The notes under the pieces: generated by a model
Told to the model about the DNA's origin: nothing
Seen by the model: only the letters and a program-made list of their open reading frames with translations
Databases searched by the model: none
From: the human T2T-CHM13v2.0 reference genome, Homo sapiens
Assembly: GCF_009914755.1 (NCBI RefSeq)
Contig: NC_060935.1
Length of the DNA stretch: 64,000 nucleotides
Direction: 5' to 3' (one strand)
In this document: piece after piece, positions 44,391-59,300 of the stretch
Position numbering within the stretch: the stretch's first letter is position 1
Layout: each line of letters starts with the position of its first letter
Translations under genes and position numbers: made by a program

Positions 44391-46358
44391 TTTTTAATGT
44401 GTTGAACCAAAAGGATGCCTTGAAGATCAGTATTTCACATTTGGTGTACAATACATTCAGCCACAGAAATATAAAGAACTGCTGTCCCTTAAAAATTCAT
44501 GCTTGCCACAGGGTAGTTCAACACACATTTATGGAATGCTTGTGTAATAGATGTCTGACACTATTGTAGGCCATGGAAATACAAAAATAAATAAGAAGGC
44601 ACATCTTCACCTTGAAGCAAAATCCCACCGATTATGAGTCCCCACATTTTCTCCAGGTAATGAGAAAACATTCATCGGCTTAAAAAACCTATTCCCTACT
44701 TGAATCTGAATGGATTCAAAATCACTTCTCAGCAAAGAGCTTCAGGTCTCTCCCTAAAGTTCCATCTAATATATTCATTCTGAAATAAGCAATGGTAAGG
44801 AGAAAAAGTTAAGAGACCAATCTTGGTGGCAGAGAAGAGTCTACTTCTTTAATTCAAGATCAAGTTTCTCTTCATAATGACCTTGTAGCCCTCGCTCCTC
44901 AGACTTGCTGGCTGACTGGACCCACAAGAAATACAGGTACCAAATTGTGGGCTTTCATACATTAAAAGGTTTTCTCATCTTGCCTTGTATTCTTACAAAT
45001 TATTGGATTTAAATAAGAAAAAACAAGACTCTTGTTTCAGCCTCTCTTATTCTAGACTTGGTGTGCCCTGGGTGTCTGACATCCTCATTCCATTCATGAT
45101 TGCCATTCTTTCTAGGGGAGTCATTGCTTCAAATTATGTGTGGGTGTATGTCTGGGAGCTGAAGACATTCAACGTCCCCATCTAGTTGCAAATTTAGTTA
45201 TACATTTGGGGTTTAGCTATTCAACTTTGCCAGCTTTGTGCCTCCTGCATAGGTCCAGGAGCCCCAGGGGTAGACTGATGCTTACTAGTGGAGTTAGCAC
45301 AGACAAGTTTGAGCCTCTCATACCTGTCTCTTAAACGAGGGTAGTAATACTCCAGAGAAGAAACTGAAATGATGTTTAAACTGAAATAATGAAATAACAC
45401 ACTCCATAAACTGCAAATTTGCTATTCAAAAGTAAGATATTATTACCATTTCTCAACTTCTCCAAGTCTGTTTCACATTTGTAAACTACAGATAGCTCCA
45501 TCTTTTTCAGTGATAGCATAAGGTTTCTGTGAGGACTCTGTAGGTCATGTACATATATTATTATTATGACCATTACAAATGCGAGTTATCTTCCTTAGAT
45601 TTATGCCTGTACCTCCTTGGGACACTGATCATTTTTTTTTTTCTGTTTCTATAAAGAGGAACAATATTCTCCTTCACAAACCGTACCTTTCAGCAGTTTC
45701 TCTTTAACTCTCAAAACTTGATGATTTCTAACAAAATGATCACAATAGCTCCAAGGCACAGAAGATGCTGACAAGACCACCTTCTTCCCTGGAAATGTCG
45801 GAATCAACATTTCACACAGACTGGCCAAAGTAGCACACAGCCTGGGCCAAAAAGACCACTGTGCAGGCAGATGTCCAGGCTTGGAGCAGCCACGGGCACA
45901 GAAACCCCTCTTCTAGCTCTGTGGGTAGAAATTTGTTTATGGTTATCACCTTCCACAGAGTTTCCCAGATTTGCTTTCTTTTAATTAACCCAAATCAATC
46001 TCCAATTAGCCATATGAAGTAAGGAACAAAGAGCTGTGCATTGTATCACCGTTAAATTTCTCTTGTTCCTTTGTTTGTTTACTCTCTGTCTACCCCGCCC
46101 CCCCCCCATTAAAATGTAAACTCCATTAAACAAGAACTCTGTCCTTGTGTGGTTCAAGGACCCAACACAAGACCCAACATGTAGTAGGCACTCAACATCT
46201 GTAACCCTATTCCATCATCTTTTTCCTTGCACCAACATTTTCCTCTTATGGCAGACTGGGCTTTAGAATTTAAACCTGGGAAGAATTTTAAGAGATTATC
46301 TAGTCCATGTACTTTTCAAATGGTTGTAGCACTGGAACTCTATTTTTAATCACACTAA

Positions 46359-46360
<2 letters not shown>

Positions 46361-46391
<31 letters not shown>

Positions 46392-46410
46392 ATGTATGTG
46401 TGTGTGTGTG
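46361..46410 (+). repeat. Interrupted (GT)n microsatellite
   Basis: Read directly from the sequence. Confidence 0.97.
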
Positions 46411-46517
46411 TTTTAAATGCATAAACAAGAGGTTAAGACCTTGGAGTCCAATTGCATGCCCTTCCTTCTTTCTTTTATATCCCTTTGCTGAAAGTCTTAA
46501 AAACTATCTCGAGTTTA

Positions 46518-46803
46518 GGCTGGGTGCGGTGGCTCATGCCTGTAATCCCAGCACTTTGGGGGGCCGAGGCGGGTGGATCACGAGGTCAGGAGTTCGAGAC
46601 CAGCCTGGCAAACATGGTGAAACCCCGTCTCTACTGAAAAAATACAAAAAATTAGCCAGGTATGGTGTGATGGGCCCCTGTAATCCCAGCTACTCGGGAG
46701 GCTGAGGCAGTGAGCCGAGATCGCACAATTGCACTCCAGCCGGGCAACAAGAGCAAAAGTCTGTCAAAGTAAATAAATAAATAAATAAATAACAAAACAA
46801 AAA
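46518..46803 (+). mobile_element. AluSg-like with a ~35-nt deletion in the right arm
   Basis: GAGGCTGAGGCAG joins directly to TGAGCCGAGATCG. 19-bp TSD AAAAACTATCT(C/T)GAGTTTA at 46499-46517 and 46804-46822. Confidence 0.92.
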
Positions 46804-46829
46804 AAAAACTATCTTGAGTTTAAAAGCCA

Positions 46830-47190
46830 TTCATCTGGTCATTGACTTAACAAATATTTATTGTGAATACAAAATGTGCCAGGAACCACTAGGGCTTGGA
46901 ATACTTATGGTGAATAAAACTGCCCAGGTTCTTGGTCTCATAGAGCTTACATTGAACGGAATATAGGAAACAACGTGAAATGCACAAATAAACAAAGAAT
47001 CAAAATAATTCAGATAGTGATAAAAATTATGAAGAAAACAAAACCTCTGTAATGGGATAACATGATGGGAGATTTCGCGAGAGAAGGAGATCAGTCATGT
47101 GTGTCTGCTCTAGTTAGGGTAGACAGGCAGGTCTCTCCAGGAGGTGATATTTGAGCTGAATCCTGTACGACAAGAATAATGCAGCCAAGC
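46830..47190 (-). mobile_element. L2 LINE 3' fragment
   Basis: AACAAATATTTATTG..TGTGCCAGG..CTCATAGAGCTTACA..GGAGGTGATATTTGAGCTGA is a reverse L2 3' end. Confidence 0.7.
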
Positions 47191-47424
47191 AAAATGCTAG
47201 GGAATCCAACCCGTGTGGGTTGCTGATGGGGAAATAAAGAAGCAAAGGAGGGATGACTGGCCCCGAGGTCATCCTGTTAGTTAAAGCCTGGACCCGAATG
47301 GGGGTCTCCTGTCACTCCAGACTTATCATTGTAATATAATGGAGTTTTTCCTTAGTTTCTGTAATTGGCAGGTTCTTGTCTTCTGGAGAAACTTCCTTCA
47401 AAACTGATCTTCTTTCCCATACAC

Positions 47425-47721
47425 TTTTATTTTATTTATTTATTTTTTGAGACAGAGTCTTGCTCTGTTACCCAGGCTGGAGTGCAGTGGCACAATCTCG
47501 GCTCACGGCAACCTCTGCCTCATGGACTCAAGTGAGTCCCCTGCCTCAACAGATTACAGGTACCTGCCACTGTGTCCAGCACATTTATTTTTTATTTTTT
47601 AGTAGAGACGGGGTTTCACCATGTTGGCCAGGCTGGTCTTAGAACTCCTGACCTCAAGTGATCTGCCTGCTTCAGCCTCCCAAAGTGTTTGGATTACAGG
47701 CATGAGCAACTGCGCCCGGCC
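47425..47721 (-). mobile_element. AluS (sense to MAML2)
   Basis: (TTTA)n tail and reverse dimer ending in TGCGCCCGGCC. TSD CTTTCCCATAC(A/T)CTT at about 47412-47426 and 47722-47736. Confidence 0.9.
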
Positions 47722-47816
47722 CTTTCCCATACTCTTCAATGTATTTCTTTGATTCTTATTTATCTAACAAGGCACTCATGTAACCAACTTCCGTTCATAT
47801 ATATTAAAAATAATCA

Positions 47817-48110
47817 GGCCAGACACGATGCCTCACACCTGTAATCCCAGCACTTTGGGAAGCCAAGGCAGGCGGATCACCTGAGGTCAGGAGTTCGAGA
47901 CCAGCCTGGCCAACGAGGTGAAACCCCATCTCTACTAAAAATCCAAAAATTAGCCAGGCGTGGTGGCGCACACCTGTGGTCCCAGCTACTCGGGAGGCTA
48001 AGGCAGGAGAATCACTTCAACCCGGGGGGTGGAGGTTACAGTGAGCCAAGATTGTGCCACTGCACTCCAACCTAGGTGACAGAGTGATATTCCATCCCCC
48101 CAAAATAATA
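47817..48110 (+). mobile_element. AluSx-like
   Basis: Full dimer GGCCAGACACG...GGATCACCTGAGGTCAGGAGTTCGAGACCAGCC, degenerate tail. Confidence 0.9.
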
Positions 48111-50514
48111 ACAATCAAAAACAAAGCGCATATGTGTGTGTGCATGTGTGTATATATGTGTGATGGGAGCTTAAGGTATATTTCCTAAGCAAAGGTAAGA
48201 CCCCATCTATTGGGAAAGAAAGGCAACTTGACTTCCTTTATTTTAATATTTTTAAAAAGAAAAGCCATGTTGCATAACACCAAGATATTTTCACCTAAAA
48301 TTCCAGCAAATCTTAACAGAAGAAATTCTAAGGTGCTTAGAGGTAACTGAAAAAAATGTCACTATCTTTATGGCTCCAACCTAACAATGAAGCTGAGTGT
48401 GTCTACTCTCAGCTTGAATGAAATAAAATGGCAACCACAACCAAATGACCTTGCTCACTTTATGCTAGTTACATCTTGCTCTGTTGTTGAAAAAAAAAAT
48501 GCTCGGGCTGGCCCAGAGCCTAAGATGTGATCCACAGACACCCCACGCCACCCCCCAAGATCGTACGAGTCATAAAGAAGTGACTGGAAGAGCTGTGCTC
48601 TAACTGAATCAAGAGATAGGGAGGGAGAGAGGGGACTGTGTTACCGTAAAAATTCTTTAGATTTAATATCGTTTGGGAAAATTTTTCTTTGTTGGTTTGC
48701 TCCTAGAAGCAGATCCCATGCATTTCTTTTTTCCAGTTCTATTAAATCCCTAAACAGAGCTGAGTTTTAAGGGCTTAGGGCTGCCCTTGGGAAATAGGTG
48801 ATTATACTCTCTGCTTAGGGTTTTAGCGATAAGAAAAAAAGAGGCAGTGGATTGAATTCCCCTCCCCCAGGGCAATTTCTTGACTCTCTTTTATAGTTCC
48901 CCGTTAAAGCAGACACATATTTAAAAAATGAAGTGGTGACACATATAAAATCCCATCCATCAATCTGCACTTTTCAATTGTTATGTATATATGAGAAATA
49001 GATAGACAAACAGATGGAGAGACGGATGTACACAGCTGAAAGACTAGTTAGTTCTTTAGTAAGAGGCTCTACAGAATATTTTCCTTTTTGTTTTTTTTAA
49101 TGTTTCATGTAATTATTTCACAAGGGGTAATCGCTTGGGAATCTTTACCCTACAGAAATATTACAAGTGTAATTGAGAGGATCTGGGGAAAAAAAATCAG
49201 TACTCTCTCTAAAAATAAATTTAATGAATCAAACTCTACTCCTATAAATGTGTTTCTCAAACTGGAACTCTAAGTCCCTCAGAATATGGCCAGAGATGGA
49301 GTGATTTGTTCATTACTTCTAGGAAGGGTATTCAACAATTAATATGGCTTGGACCTCCCCCTTCCGCCATGGCTGGACCTTGTCCCCCACATAACTTCAG
49401 ACCCTCCTTACTGCTACAAAACATTGCCAATTTTGTCACTGCTCCTTTCAATTCTTCCTCAATAAACATATGTAAGAAGAGACTGAAATTTGAGAAACAA
49501 AATCAAATATCAGGGAACTCTGCAAAGTGTGTCATACCAAAAGAGGCCTAAGAAGTGATACAAGCCACATACCAAGTGCCACTTACTGTTTTTCCAAGAA
49601 GCAAAGTAAATACCAGGAAGTTAAAGGACATGACTAAATTGCCCTACTAGGTAGTATCAGAGCCAGCACTAGAACCTTCAATACCCAATCCCCTGACCAG
49701 TACTCTCATACAGTATCACTACGAATAAGTATAGTAAGTAGGTATAATACAGTATGACTATATCACTCCTTCTTTATTTATTATTTGTTGTGAAGGCTAA
49801 GATGGAAAAAATGAGGCTGTTAGGGTAATTTCCTATCAAAAAGAGTGACAGAATTTAGAAGCAGTGCTCTTAAAGATGGGAATGTGCTCACTTTTCCCTG
49901 TCTGCTATACCAGCTAACAAAGTCTTCTGTGACCTAGAAGATCGAATGCAATTACATTGCCCATATATATTTGCTATGCTGTTTGAGTCTCCCAAGGGCA
50001 GCATAACAGTACAAAGGGAGTGACATCTTTATGAGGTTAACCCTTTTCTATTTTAAGGGTAGACTACTGAAGGCAGATGTGTTCCATGGAGTATAGCAAG
50101 AATGCTTGAAATTTGGTAGTTAGAAGGAATGACAGCATCACCCAGGAGGGAAAAAATTAATCGCTGTTTAGAGGAACAGTGATCTGAGGAAGCCTAGGAG
50201 AATGTTGATGCACATGAAGTGAATGTGAACTGACAAAGAGGGAATTTGTATGAATTATAATACATTGAGAAGAGACAAAGAGAAAGCAGGAAAACTGTTT
50301 GTTAAGCTGTGCCATGTACCAAACAAAACTGTAGGCTATTTCATAAACTGTATTATCTCATTTAATCCCCACAACCTTTTGAGACAGCTACTATTATCCT
50401 GAAAAGCAGAGTTATGAGGCTCAAAGACGTTAAGTAACCAGTCCAAGATAACACAGCTAATGAAATAGAGTCATTTTCCATGCTAAAATTTTCCAGCTCT
50501 GATTCTGTTAAACT

Positions 50515-50990
50515 TTTCTACTTACAAACCACCCCAAAAGTTAGTGGCTTAAAACAATGACGCAATATTTCTCATAATTCTGTGGATTGGCTGGGCAGTT
50601 CCTCTGCTGGTTTCACCTGGGCTCACTTGTGTGGCCACATTGAGCTGGAAGATTGGCTGGGTCCAAGATGGCCTCACTTGTGTGTGGGCAGTTGGTGCTG
50701 ATTAGAGTCGGGGCACCTTGGTTCTCTGCATGCTCATCTCCCAATTAGCTAGACTGGCTTCCTTACATGTTGGTATCAGGTCGGTGTTCCAAGAGGGCTT
50801 CATAAAGGCCATCCTCAGAAGTAGCACATGTCATTTATGTCACGTTATTGGATAATGCAAGTCACGAGGCCAATCGAGATTCAAGGGGGAAAAAAGCATC
50901 CATTTTTTGATGCCAGGAGTGGCAAAGTTACATTACAAAGGGGCGTGTGGGGTGGAAGGGATCATTGTGATCATTTAAAAAGCCATCTAC
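50515..50990 (-). mobile_element. MLT1 MaLR solo LTR, interrupted near its end by an AluJ
   Basis: ACAAACCACCCCAAAA.TTAGTGGCTTAAAACAA..TCTCATAATTCTGTGG..TCCAAGATGGCCTCAC..GCAAGTCACGAGGCC..GATTCAAGGGG..GGAGTGGCAAAGT is a reverse MLT1. Confidence 0.75.
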
Positions 50991-50991
50991 C

Positions 50992-51290
50992 AGCCAGGCA
51001 TGGTGGCTGATGCCTGGAATCCAGCACTTTGGGAGGCTGAGGTGGGTGGATCCTTTGAGCCCTGGAGTTTGAGACCAGCCTGGGCAACATGGCAAAACAC
51101 TGTCTCAACAAAAAAATACTAAAATTAGCCAAGGGTGGTGGTGTGCACCTGCAGTCCCAGCTACTCAGAAGGCTGGCGGGGAGGATCACTTGAGCCCAGG
51201 AGGCAGAGGTTGCAGTAAGCAGAGATTGTGCCACTGCACTCCAGCCTGGGTGACAGAGTGAGATCCTGTTTCAAAACAATAAACAAAAAA
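50992..51290 (+). mobile_element. AluJ-like
   Basis: J-type GGATCCTTTGAGCCCTGGAG and GAGGATCACTTGAGCCCAGG. TSD-like AAAAAG(CC/ACA)ATCTACC flanks. Confidence 0.88.
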
Positions 51291-51517
51291 GACAATCTAC
51301 CACAGGCTCTAAACTCCATGCTACTCTTACTACCAAAATATTAATAAAAATACCAAATTTCCCCTAACTGTTCTTTTTATAGGTTTATTAAAAATCCTTA
51401 ATCAAATGACTACTTTTTATAACCTGGAATAGATGTCAGGAAAACTTGGGCTGTAGTCCAAGATCTATTGCTATGGGTTCTTGGAGGCTTTCTCTTTAAT
51501 AAAAAAATGAGCTTTAA

Positions 51518-51837
<320 letters not shown>

Positions 51838-54304
51838 GCTTTAATTTCTTCATTTACGAAAAGAGGATTTGGTCTGTCTTCTCTCTAAGGGCTTATACAA
51901 CTCTATAAATTGCAGAATAGTGTCCTATTTTTAGACTAATATGAACTGGCCCTCTAGGGGGATGGGCAGGATAGAGATGAGAGAAGGCTAGAAATGAGAT
52001 GGCTTCTGTTTTGCAACTCACTCTCTTTCATTGCTGTGGGTGCAGAATTTGGGAGGCAGTGAGCAATCAGAACTCCTTCCCATGTGTGGTTGTAATCTTA
52101 TATGATCTGGGTGCTACTCTGTTTTCATTTATTATATGCTAAAGTAGCATGGGTCCTCCAGCATTGTACCAAGGATTAAAGTACAAGTCATCACTTTAAG
52201 GGCTTCTAGACCTGGTTAGACAAAACAATTCCCATGCAACACGCACTCACACTAGCTAAGCAGATCGGAGAGGTGAAAGGGCTCCTGAGCCAGTATCTTC
52301 CTGAGGGAAATGCTTAGCTGGGAGCTCGCTCTCTCAGAAAGATATTGTTGCCTAGTCTATGGAAGATCAGGTTCCCAAGGAGAAAACTAATGTTTAATTT
52401 AGCACAAAGACAGCTCAGAGTCACTCTCTGGGGGACTGAGCCTGCAAACAGATCCACATGCAAAGAATCTAAGGGAGAAAAGGAAGCTCTCTTTGGTGCA
52501 ATGGCTCTAGGACTTGGGCCCAAACTTTACTAAACGGTTGCCTCTGTCTGTTGTTTCTGTCAGGATAGCTCCTCTTTCCTGTTTACTCTCATCTCTGCAC
52601 TTTGCACTTTAACACTTCTGCGAAACAACCAAATGGGATAATACACTAGCACATACTTTGTGCTGTCTGAAATTAAGTAGCACGGTGTGGCAATCAAATG
52701 CGCAAGACTTAGCCGGTTTAGCAAGTATCAGAAACTTAGGTGAACAGAAACATCAACAACAACAAAAAATCCTCATTTCTCAGCTGCTTAGCCAGAGAAT
52801 GTTTTTATTTTTACATAATTTAGACTCCAGTGACCTCCAGATATGAGCATTTTACACATAAGTAAGACACAGTACAGTACATATTGTATTCAATTAAGCT
52901 ACTTCTTTGCACCCTGGTTACCAGGACTCTAAGAGATACTGTGTATCCAACAGACTCCCGGTAAGTTATTAGAGGTTGTAGCCGACTTTTGCCTTAACTG
53001 AATTTTCTTAGAAACAGACATGTAATTAACTTTCTACTGAAATCTATGAGAGCTACCTGAAAAGAACTCTGTTGTACAATGAGGCATTTAAGGTGTTGGG
53101 CTTCATGTGGGTGACAGTTATTAGAGGGCTGGATAAGAATTACAAATATAACTCAGCCACATTTCTGACAAAAGAGAAATTTTAAAGCAAAAATGTTAAT
53201 GATTCCATGTTAATGTATGAATCTGCCAGAATGACTCAGGAAGCAAGAACACTGTTAAAAACAAAACAACCCAACTATGTTTGACACTACATTTCCTAAG
53301 CATTATTATCCTCAAGAAAGGGGAGGAATCTAAGGTTAAATCATGGGGAGTAAGCGAAAAAAAAAAAAGATAAAAATTTTTGACTACATTCTTTGCTCTG
53401 AGTTTGGACAATAAATCCATCCTTGCCCAAATATAATCTACTAAAGAATGGAGACTATTTGTTTTCTAATCCTGTCACTTCATAGAAACACCATGCTTTC
53501 AATTAAGAATCGTCATCAATAAAACTTGCTTTGAACCCTTGGCAACATCTTCCTCATGTTTTTTATGGAAAACCGCACTTGAGGAGGTACTGAGTAAAGA
53601 GATTCTGAGGTGAGAGCCACATCAAGGCATGGAAATTTCAACATGCTCCTGCTTAGGGTTGGAAAGACGGCAAATCTGTGTTGCCTATTCATCTGCAGAT
53701 GCAGTAAATTAGCAACTTTAGCCAGGGATCTGGCTTTCAAAAGCATAAATTTAAATCTCCACAGTAGGAAGCGTCTAACCTTTTGTGGCTCTAGGACCAA
53801 ATTCACTTAAGAATTATTCATTAATTTCAATTAATAATTCAATTAAATTGGTAAGTTTGTCTATTTGGTTCCAATGATTCAAAACTCCCAATAGATGGTT
53901 TAAATTTCTCATTTACCTACTAAGCCCACACTCCACACTTGCTGGGTAACTGAATGGAAACCCAGACTGAATTCTAGAAGTAAGGAGTCAAGAGGACATT
54001 CACTCTATTCAACTTCTAGATTAGGAGTCCTAGAATCTTAGGATTGGAAGAGGTAGTACTTGGTCCCATTCTCAAGAAGGACACTATTTAACATTCTAGG
54101 GAGATGGAAATCTATCCCAGGTGATGTCTCCATATTCAACTATTGAGGGAACTGATAATATGATACTCTTCACTAACCATTTTAAGTAAACATTAAAGAG
54201 AAAAGCCATGCTCTTCCTCTAAATGTCTGATGCATTACTGGAAACACAATTCTGGGCTGGGAAACCTATGAATCTGATTCAGGTATGTTACTTCACACAC
54301 TAAT

Positions 54305-54540
54305 AATAACAGCTAAAATTTATTGAGCCTTTACGAGGTGCTAGGCAATTGCTAAATTTAATCAACAGCTCTAAGATGTTAGTTCTATTACTATCACTCC
54401 ATTTCACAGTCGAGAAAACTGAGGCAAGGGAATTTAATTGACCTATCCAAGAAAACACAACTAAGTGTTAGAGGGGTGATTTGAAATCTGGTCGTCTCAC
54501 CTCAGAGTTAAGAGTTAAGATCTCAGGCTCTTAACTGCTA
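54305..54540 (-). mobile_element. MIR SINE
   Basis: CTCCATTTCACAGTCGAGAAAACTGAGGCAAG reverse core. Confidence 0.7.
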
Positions 54541-56004
54541 TGCTTCTTTGCCTCCTTACACAAGCCAACTGTAACAGTTCTATTTCTAACCCCACTCACC
54601 TCCCGTCTACACTGTAAATTCAAAGAGGGCAAAGGCTATACTGAAGTGTCCATCAATGTATTCCTGGCACAGTTCATGGCACAGAAGAGCTGTACAAAGA
54701 TTATTTACTGAATTAATGAATATTTTCCCAAACTCTAAAAAGGACCCATGCATACAATCTTGACGTAAGAGTTTAAAACCTTTGCTAAAACATTAAGACC
54801 TTTGGAGAGCTGTAGCATGTGTCAGTATTGCCATTTGCCCATTTTCATATCCATTCCTTCAGTAATTTGGCTATGGTAGGGTCCAGCTCTCTAGTTGTCC
54901 TCAACCTGTGGAGAATATGTGAACTTCTCTCTTCATGTCCTCTATAGGGAAGTGGAATAGCTTTTGCTCTTTTACCTCTGTTTCTCACAAATGTGTAGGC
55001 CAAGGTTGAAGCTAGTCAATAGCCCATTCACTACCGTCAGCATCCAAGCATCATGCCATGAATCAGGGAGGAGGGAGATGTTGGCTTTTCTCCTTTGCCA
55101 TCTTTCCTTAGGGTCCCTTACTTTTCCCTTGTAAACAAGAACTAAATGGGGGAAACTGGTATCCAACTGGACCTTAAGGCAAGTAAAAAATTTGTAACAC
55201 ATCTGTATTACAAGCAAGGAAATAAGTACATCTCAAAGACCATCTAAAATAATGCTTTTCTCACGAATTTTTGTTCATGATTTTTTTAATAATGAGAATA
55301 CCTTTTCCACATTAGTATACAGGCAAACTCATTTGTTGGGAAGACTGATTTACACATCAAGAGAGTATAAACACTTTTACCAACAGGGCATTTCTTGTTT
55401 GCACTGGAAGGCCCAGTGAACCTAAGAAGCGAGGTATAGCTTGGTCTGCTTCTTTTACTTCCTCTTCTGCATCTAGCTAGTGTGCTTTAAAACTATGTCC
55501 TTTTAGTGTCAAAGGGCATGTCATGCAGTATATAACTCACCATGAATGGGAGAATGTGTAAATAGCAAGGCATTAAGCAGCTCAAGGGACTTGAAGATGG
55601 GTAGTACAGAGCACTTAGGCAATGCGCTGTGAGAAGAGGCTGCTGGAGGGGAAATGTAATACTTGTCTTCAAGTATATGAAGGATTATTATTGCATCATA
55701 GCTGTTGATTCCTTGGAGCCGTCCTTGCTCTACCATTTTCCAGGGCTTCTGATTTGCTCTTACCGGATCTCCAGGCCCTCCAGGATGTGGATCAATCTCA
55801 TTTGTCCCCCTCAGTACTCACGTCCAGCCACACTCAGTCAAGCACTGCTCTGTTCCCCAAACACTTAACTTACATGCCTGCACTCAGCGACCCCAATCCC
55901 ACATTTCCGTATTTTCTCCCTCTTCTCAGGCCCTGCTGGTGACCCATGTTCTCATATAGCTATCCCTGGCCTATATTTGAATCTCTCTACTACCAACTAC
56001 TAGT

Positions 56005-56330
56005 GGTACTCATGTTTTGAGCACCTACTATGTATCAGGCACTATGCTGACTGTTTTGCTAAATAACTTTAGCTTTATTTTGCAGATGAAAATACTGATG
56101 CCAAGAAAATAACAAAATTATTTTCTCATATTCATACAGCTAGTAAGTATAACATAGGGACCTGAACATGGTCTAACTATAAAATCTATGCATTAAATTA
56201 TTCAATTTAAGCTTCAGTTTCCTTATATGTAAAATGGGACAAATGTTGATTACTCACCTGTTTTTTGCAGGCCTTACATAAAATATGTAATTAAAAAGCC
56301 TTGTACATTCTAGGACTCAGTAAATATTTG
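56005..56330. mobile_element. Adjacent MIR fragments in opposite orientation
   Basis: TTTTGCAGATGAAAATACTGA (-) and GCTTCAGTTTCCTTATATGTAAAATGGG (+) cores. Confidence 0.55.
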
Positions 56331-59300
56331 TTCCTCTCTTCCTCTGATTTTTCTATATCAGTTTTGGTCCATTCTACCTGGTTAGTACTTTTCCTGTTAC
56401 TTTATTGAAGTGGTTTTGCATACCATTAGGCTGTAAGTAAGCAGGGACAATGTCTTTAGCTGTATTTCTCCTTATTCTCCCAGGAAGCCTGCTGGAGTGT
56501 GACGGAAATTAGCATGAAAATGCAAAATAAAAAATTTAGAATTGTTTTCACTAAACATTGCCCTGCCTGTGAACATAAACATATATAAGGGTCTGGATTA
56601 AAGAACAAGAAAGCAGTAGAATCCATTCAGAAAGGCTTAGCTGCCATGGATAGCAGAACTGGATGACTGTTTTCAGATTCCCTTTCAGGCTTTCTTAGAT
56701 TAAATAACAGTGCTAAACACAAACACAAACAACAACAAAAAAACAAAAACAGCTAATTATGGCCACTCTTTTAGTCATATTTAAATTGGTATGTCTAAGA
56801 ACATCTGAAAGCCCATATTTAAACATATTGGTATTTAAAAATGTTTACAATACAGAAGCCATAAGTGATTAAACATTACGATTTAGAAACATTTGATGAA
56901 CATCACCTACCAATATTATTTCAAAGAAAGCAGATGCCTTCTATAAACAAACATTGTCCTAAACAAGCAAGATATCTTGGTTTACATGATAACATCACCT
57001 TGATGTCAAAGAAAGGTTTTTATCAATTTTTTGTAAAGTATTATACTAACTCCTCTCTCCACTTGAACCCTTTTGCCTTTGTGAGATCTTATAATTATAT
57101 TTACTTGAAATAAGTGGTAGGAAGGTCCTAGATAGATAAGAATTCTCCTTTTTTTTTACTTTGTTCTAGAAAACAGAACGAAAATAGGTCAGTTTTTAAG
57201 GAAATGATGGCTGCATATATAAATAATATAAACACTCCTATCACTGTCCTAGGAGGACATTTATCATGTAGACAGCCATAGATACCCAGATCTGGCCTCC
57301 CACTTACAGCTCTCAACTTTTTAATTGTCAATTGGAAACTTGATTATTATCAGTTAAAAATAACCAGGGTACTCTGGCAATGATTTAACTTGTTTGACTT
57401 TCTTAAGCTAACAATTAACATTTTAGACAATTGTTGACAAAATATTTAACTCTCCCATGCATTTGTGTAAACAACTTTTCTAATATGCCTTAGATGTTCT
57501 GGGGGACACATCTTTCCAAAGCTTCCCAGGTCCATGCAGAGGCCTGTAAAGTAGATGCATTCAAAGACTCCAAAGACTTTCATAGCATTGCACTAGGATT
57601 TCCTGGGACCTTCAGGAACACTTAAGTATACGGATACGTCAGTCTTATCTTGACAGCAGTAAATTTGAAATGCCAATCCCTCTATTTACAATAAGTGCTA
57701 TTTCATCATTTAAAACCGACAACTGAAAGCTGAGTATACATTTAACTCCTAGAAGAACCAGTATTATCATTCATTGTTTAGAAGTTTATTACTACTAACA
57801 CTAGTATTGCATTTTGGCAGTGCTTAATTTTTCCTAAAGCTTGTTCAGAAAAACACGCTCATTTGCTTCTCTCAACAAGCTGGGGCAGCATGATTGTCCT
57901 CTCTGTTCCACAGATGACTGCTAAGTGACTTGTCCTAGGTAACCCAGATGGTGATCCAGCAGGCACAAAACCAAGGGATGTAGGCTCCTTGTCTGATCTA
58001 CTTTCTTTCCTCCACATGACATTAGAGAAAAGATAATCTCTGAAGCCAGAGATGACATGGAACCACTTATCTAGTGATCCTAGCAACACAATCTATGCAA
58101 CAGAAAAAGAGCTTGTCTCAGGCAAAAGGGAAAGATTAATAATGTACCACAGAAGCTCTAAACCTTACTGTTCCATGGACCAGCAATTATTCAGTTTCAC
58201 AGTTCATTCAAAGATTCAAACATACTTCACCAGAAAATGAGTTAGTGCCTAAAGTCTGCTCCAAGTGGTTAGAAATGCAGATCTGCTCAAAGCCCTATAA
58301 TCCGGGCCCTCTGAAAGGCCCTGTTCCTGCAGACTCTGCAGCAGCGGGGCTTCCCCTGAACTTGTACTTGAGCTAAATGAAGAAACTGGCTGAGTAAGGG
58401 CTGTAGAATTAGGCTGTCAATGTGGACAGAATTAAAACTGGCTTGGAGGTTATTCTTGCATTGTTCTTGAAACTTAAGGCTATTGAAAGGATTCAGACAT
58501 TATATATTCCTTGCTGTATAATACCCATGAAAGTCAACATTATCCCACCAAACAGAAGTTGTCCTTTCACCTTCATTCAACAAATATTACCCACTGTCTT
58601 CAAGGCATTGTACTAGAAGGTATGCAGGATACAAAGCTTTCATCTGAGGACACAGCACATCTTTGATTTTAGATGATCAATATTCTCTCCCTTTCTCCAA
58701 AGGACATTTATGGCCACTTATGGCATACGAATTAACTATTAAAGTTATACATTCAACACACCTAAGTCACATAAATCTGGTTATGGACACAGTAGCAATA
58801 AAATTAAGAAAAAATTCTGACACTCACCCTGAACAAAGGCCCTTTTAAAATTAATAGCATATCTGAAAAATAAGAGGAGCCCGAGTAAAGTGAGACCTGC
58901 CAATGTAATGGGCTTGGTGAATCACTTCAAAATGCCCAGGCCTCCCTTTGGACACAATGTTATCAGGTTAATACAGCACTTGCATCACCATCTCTGAGTA
59001 CCGTGCTGAGTAACAACGGGCCAAATTTAGCAGCTAAAATGGAGAGGGAATTTCCAACAACCCGTGCAATGCCACATATTCTCAGTGAAAAGCAACTACT
59101 AGAAATATACTATCCCTTACCCTCCTAACTTAAACTGTGCCTCTCTGCATCATCACTACACCTGGAGAGGGAGCTCCTCTAAGGGAATGTCTCAGGAGAT
59201 GGCTGGTGGTTAGAAGAGAGAAAGATTCCCTCTTAGGCCAGAGGTAGCACAGCAGCCAGCTATGGCTTCTGCAGCAGTAAGCTTTCAGTCGGGAAGGGCC

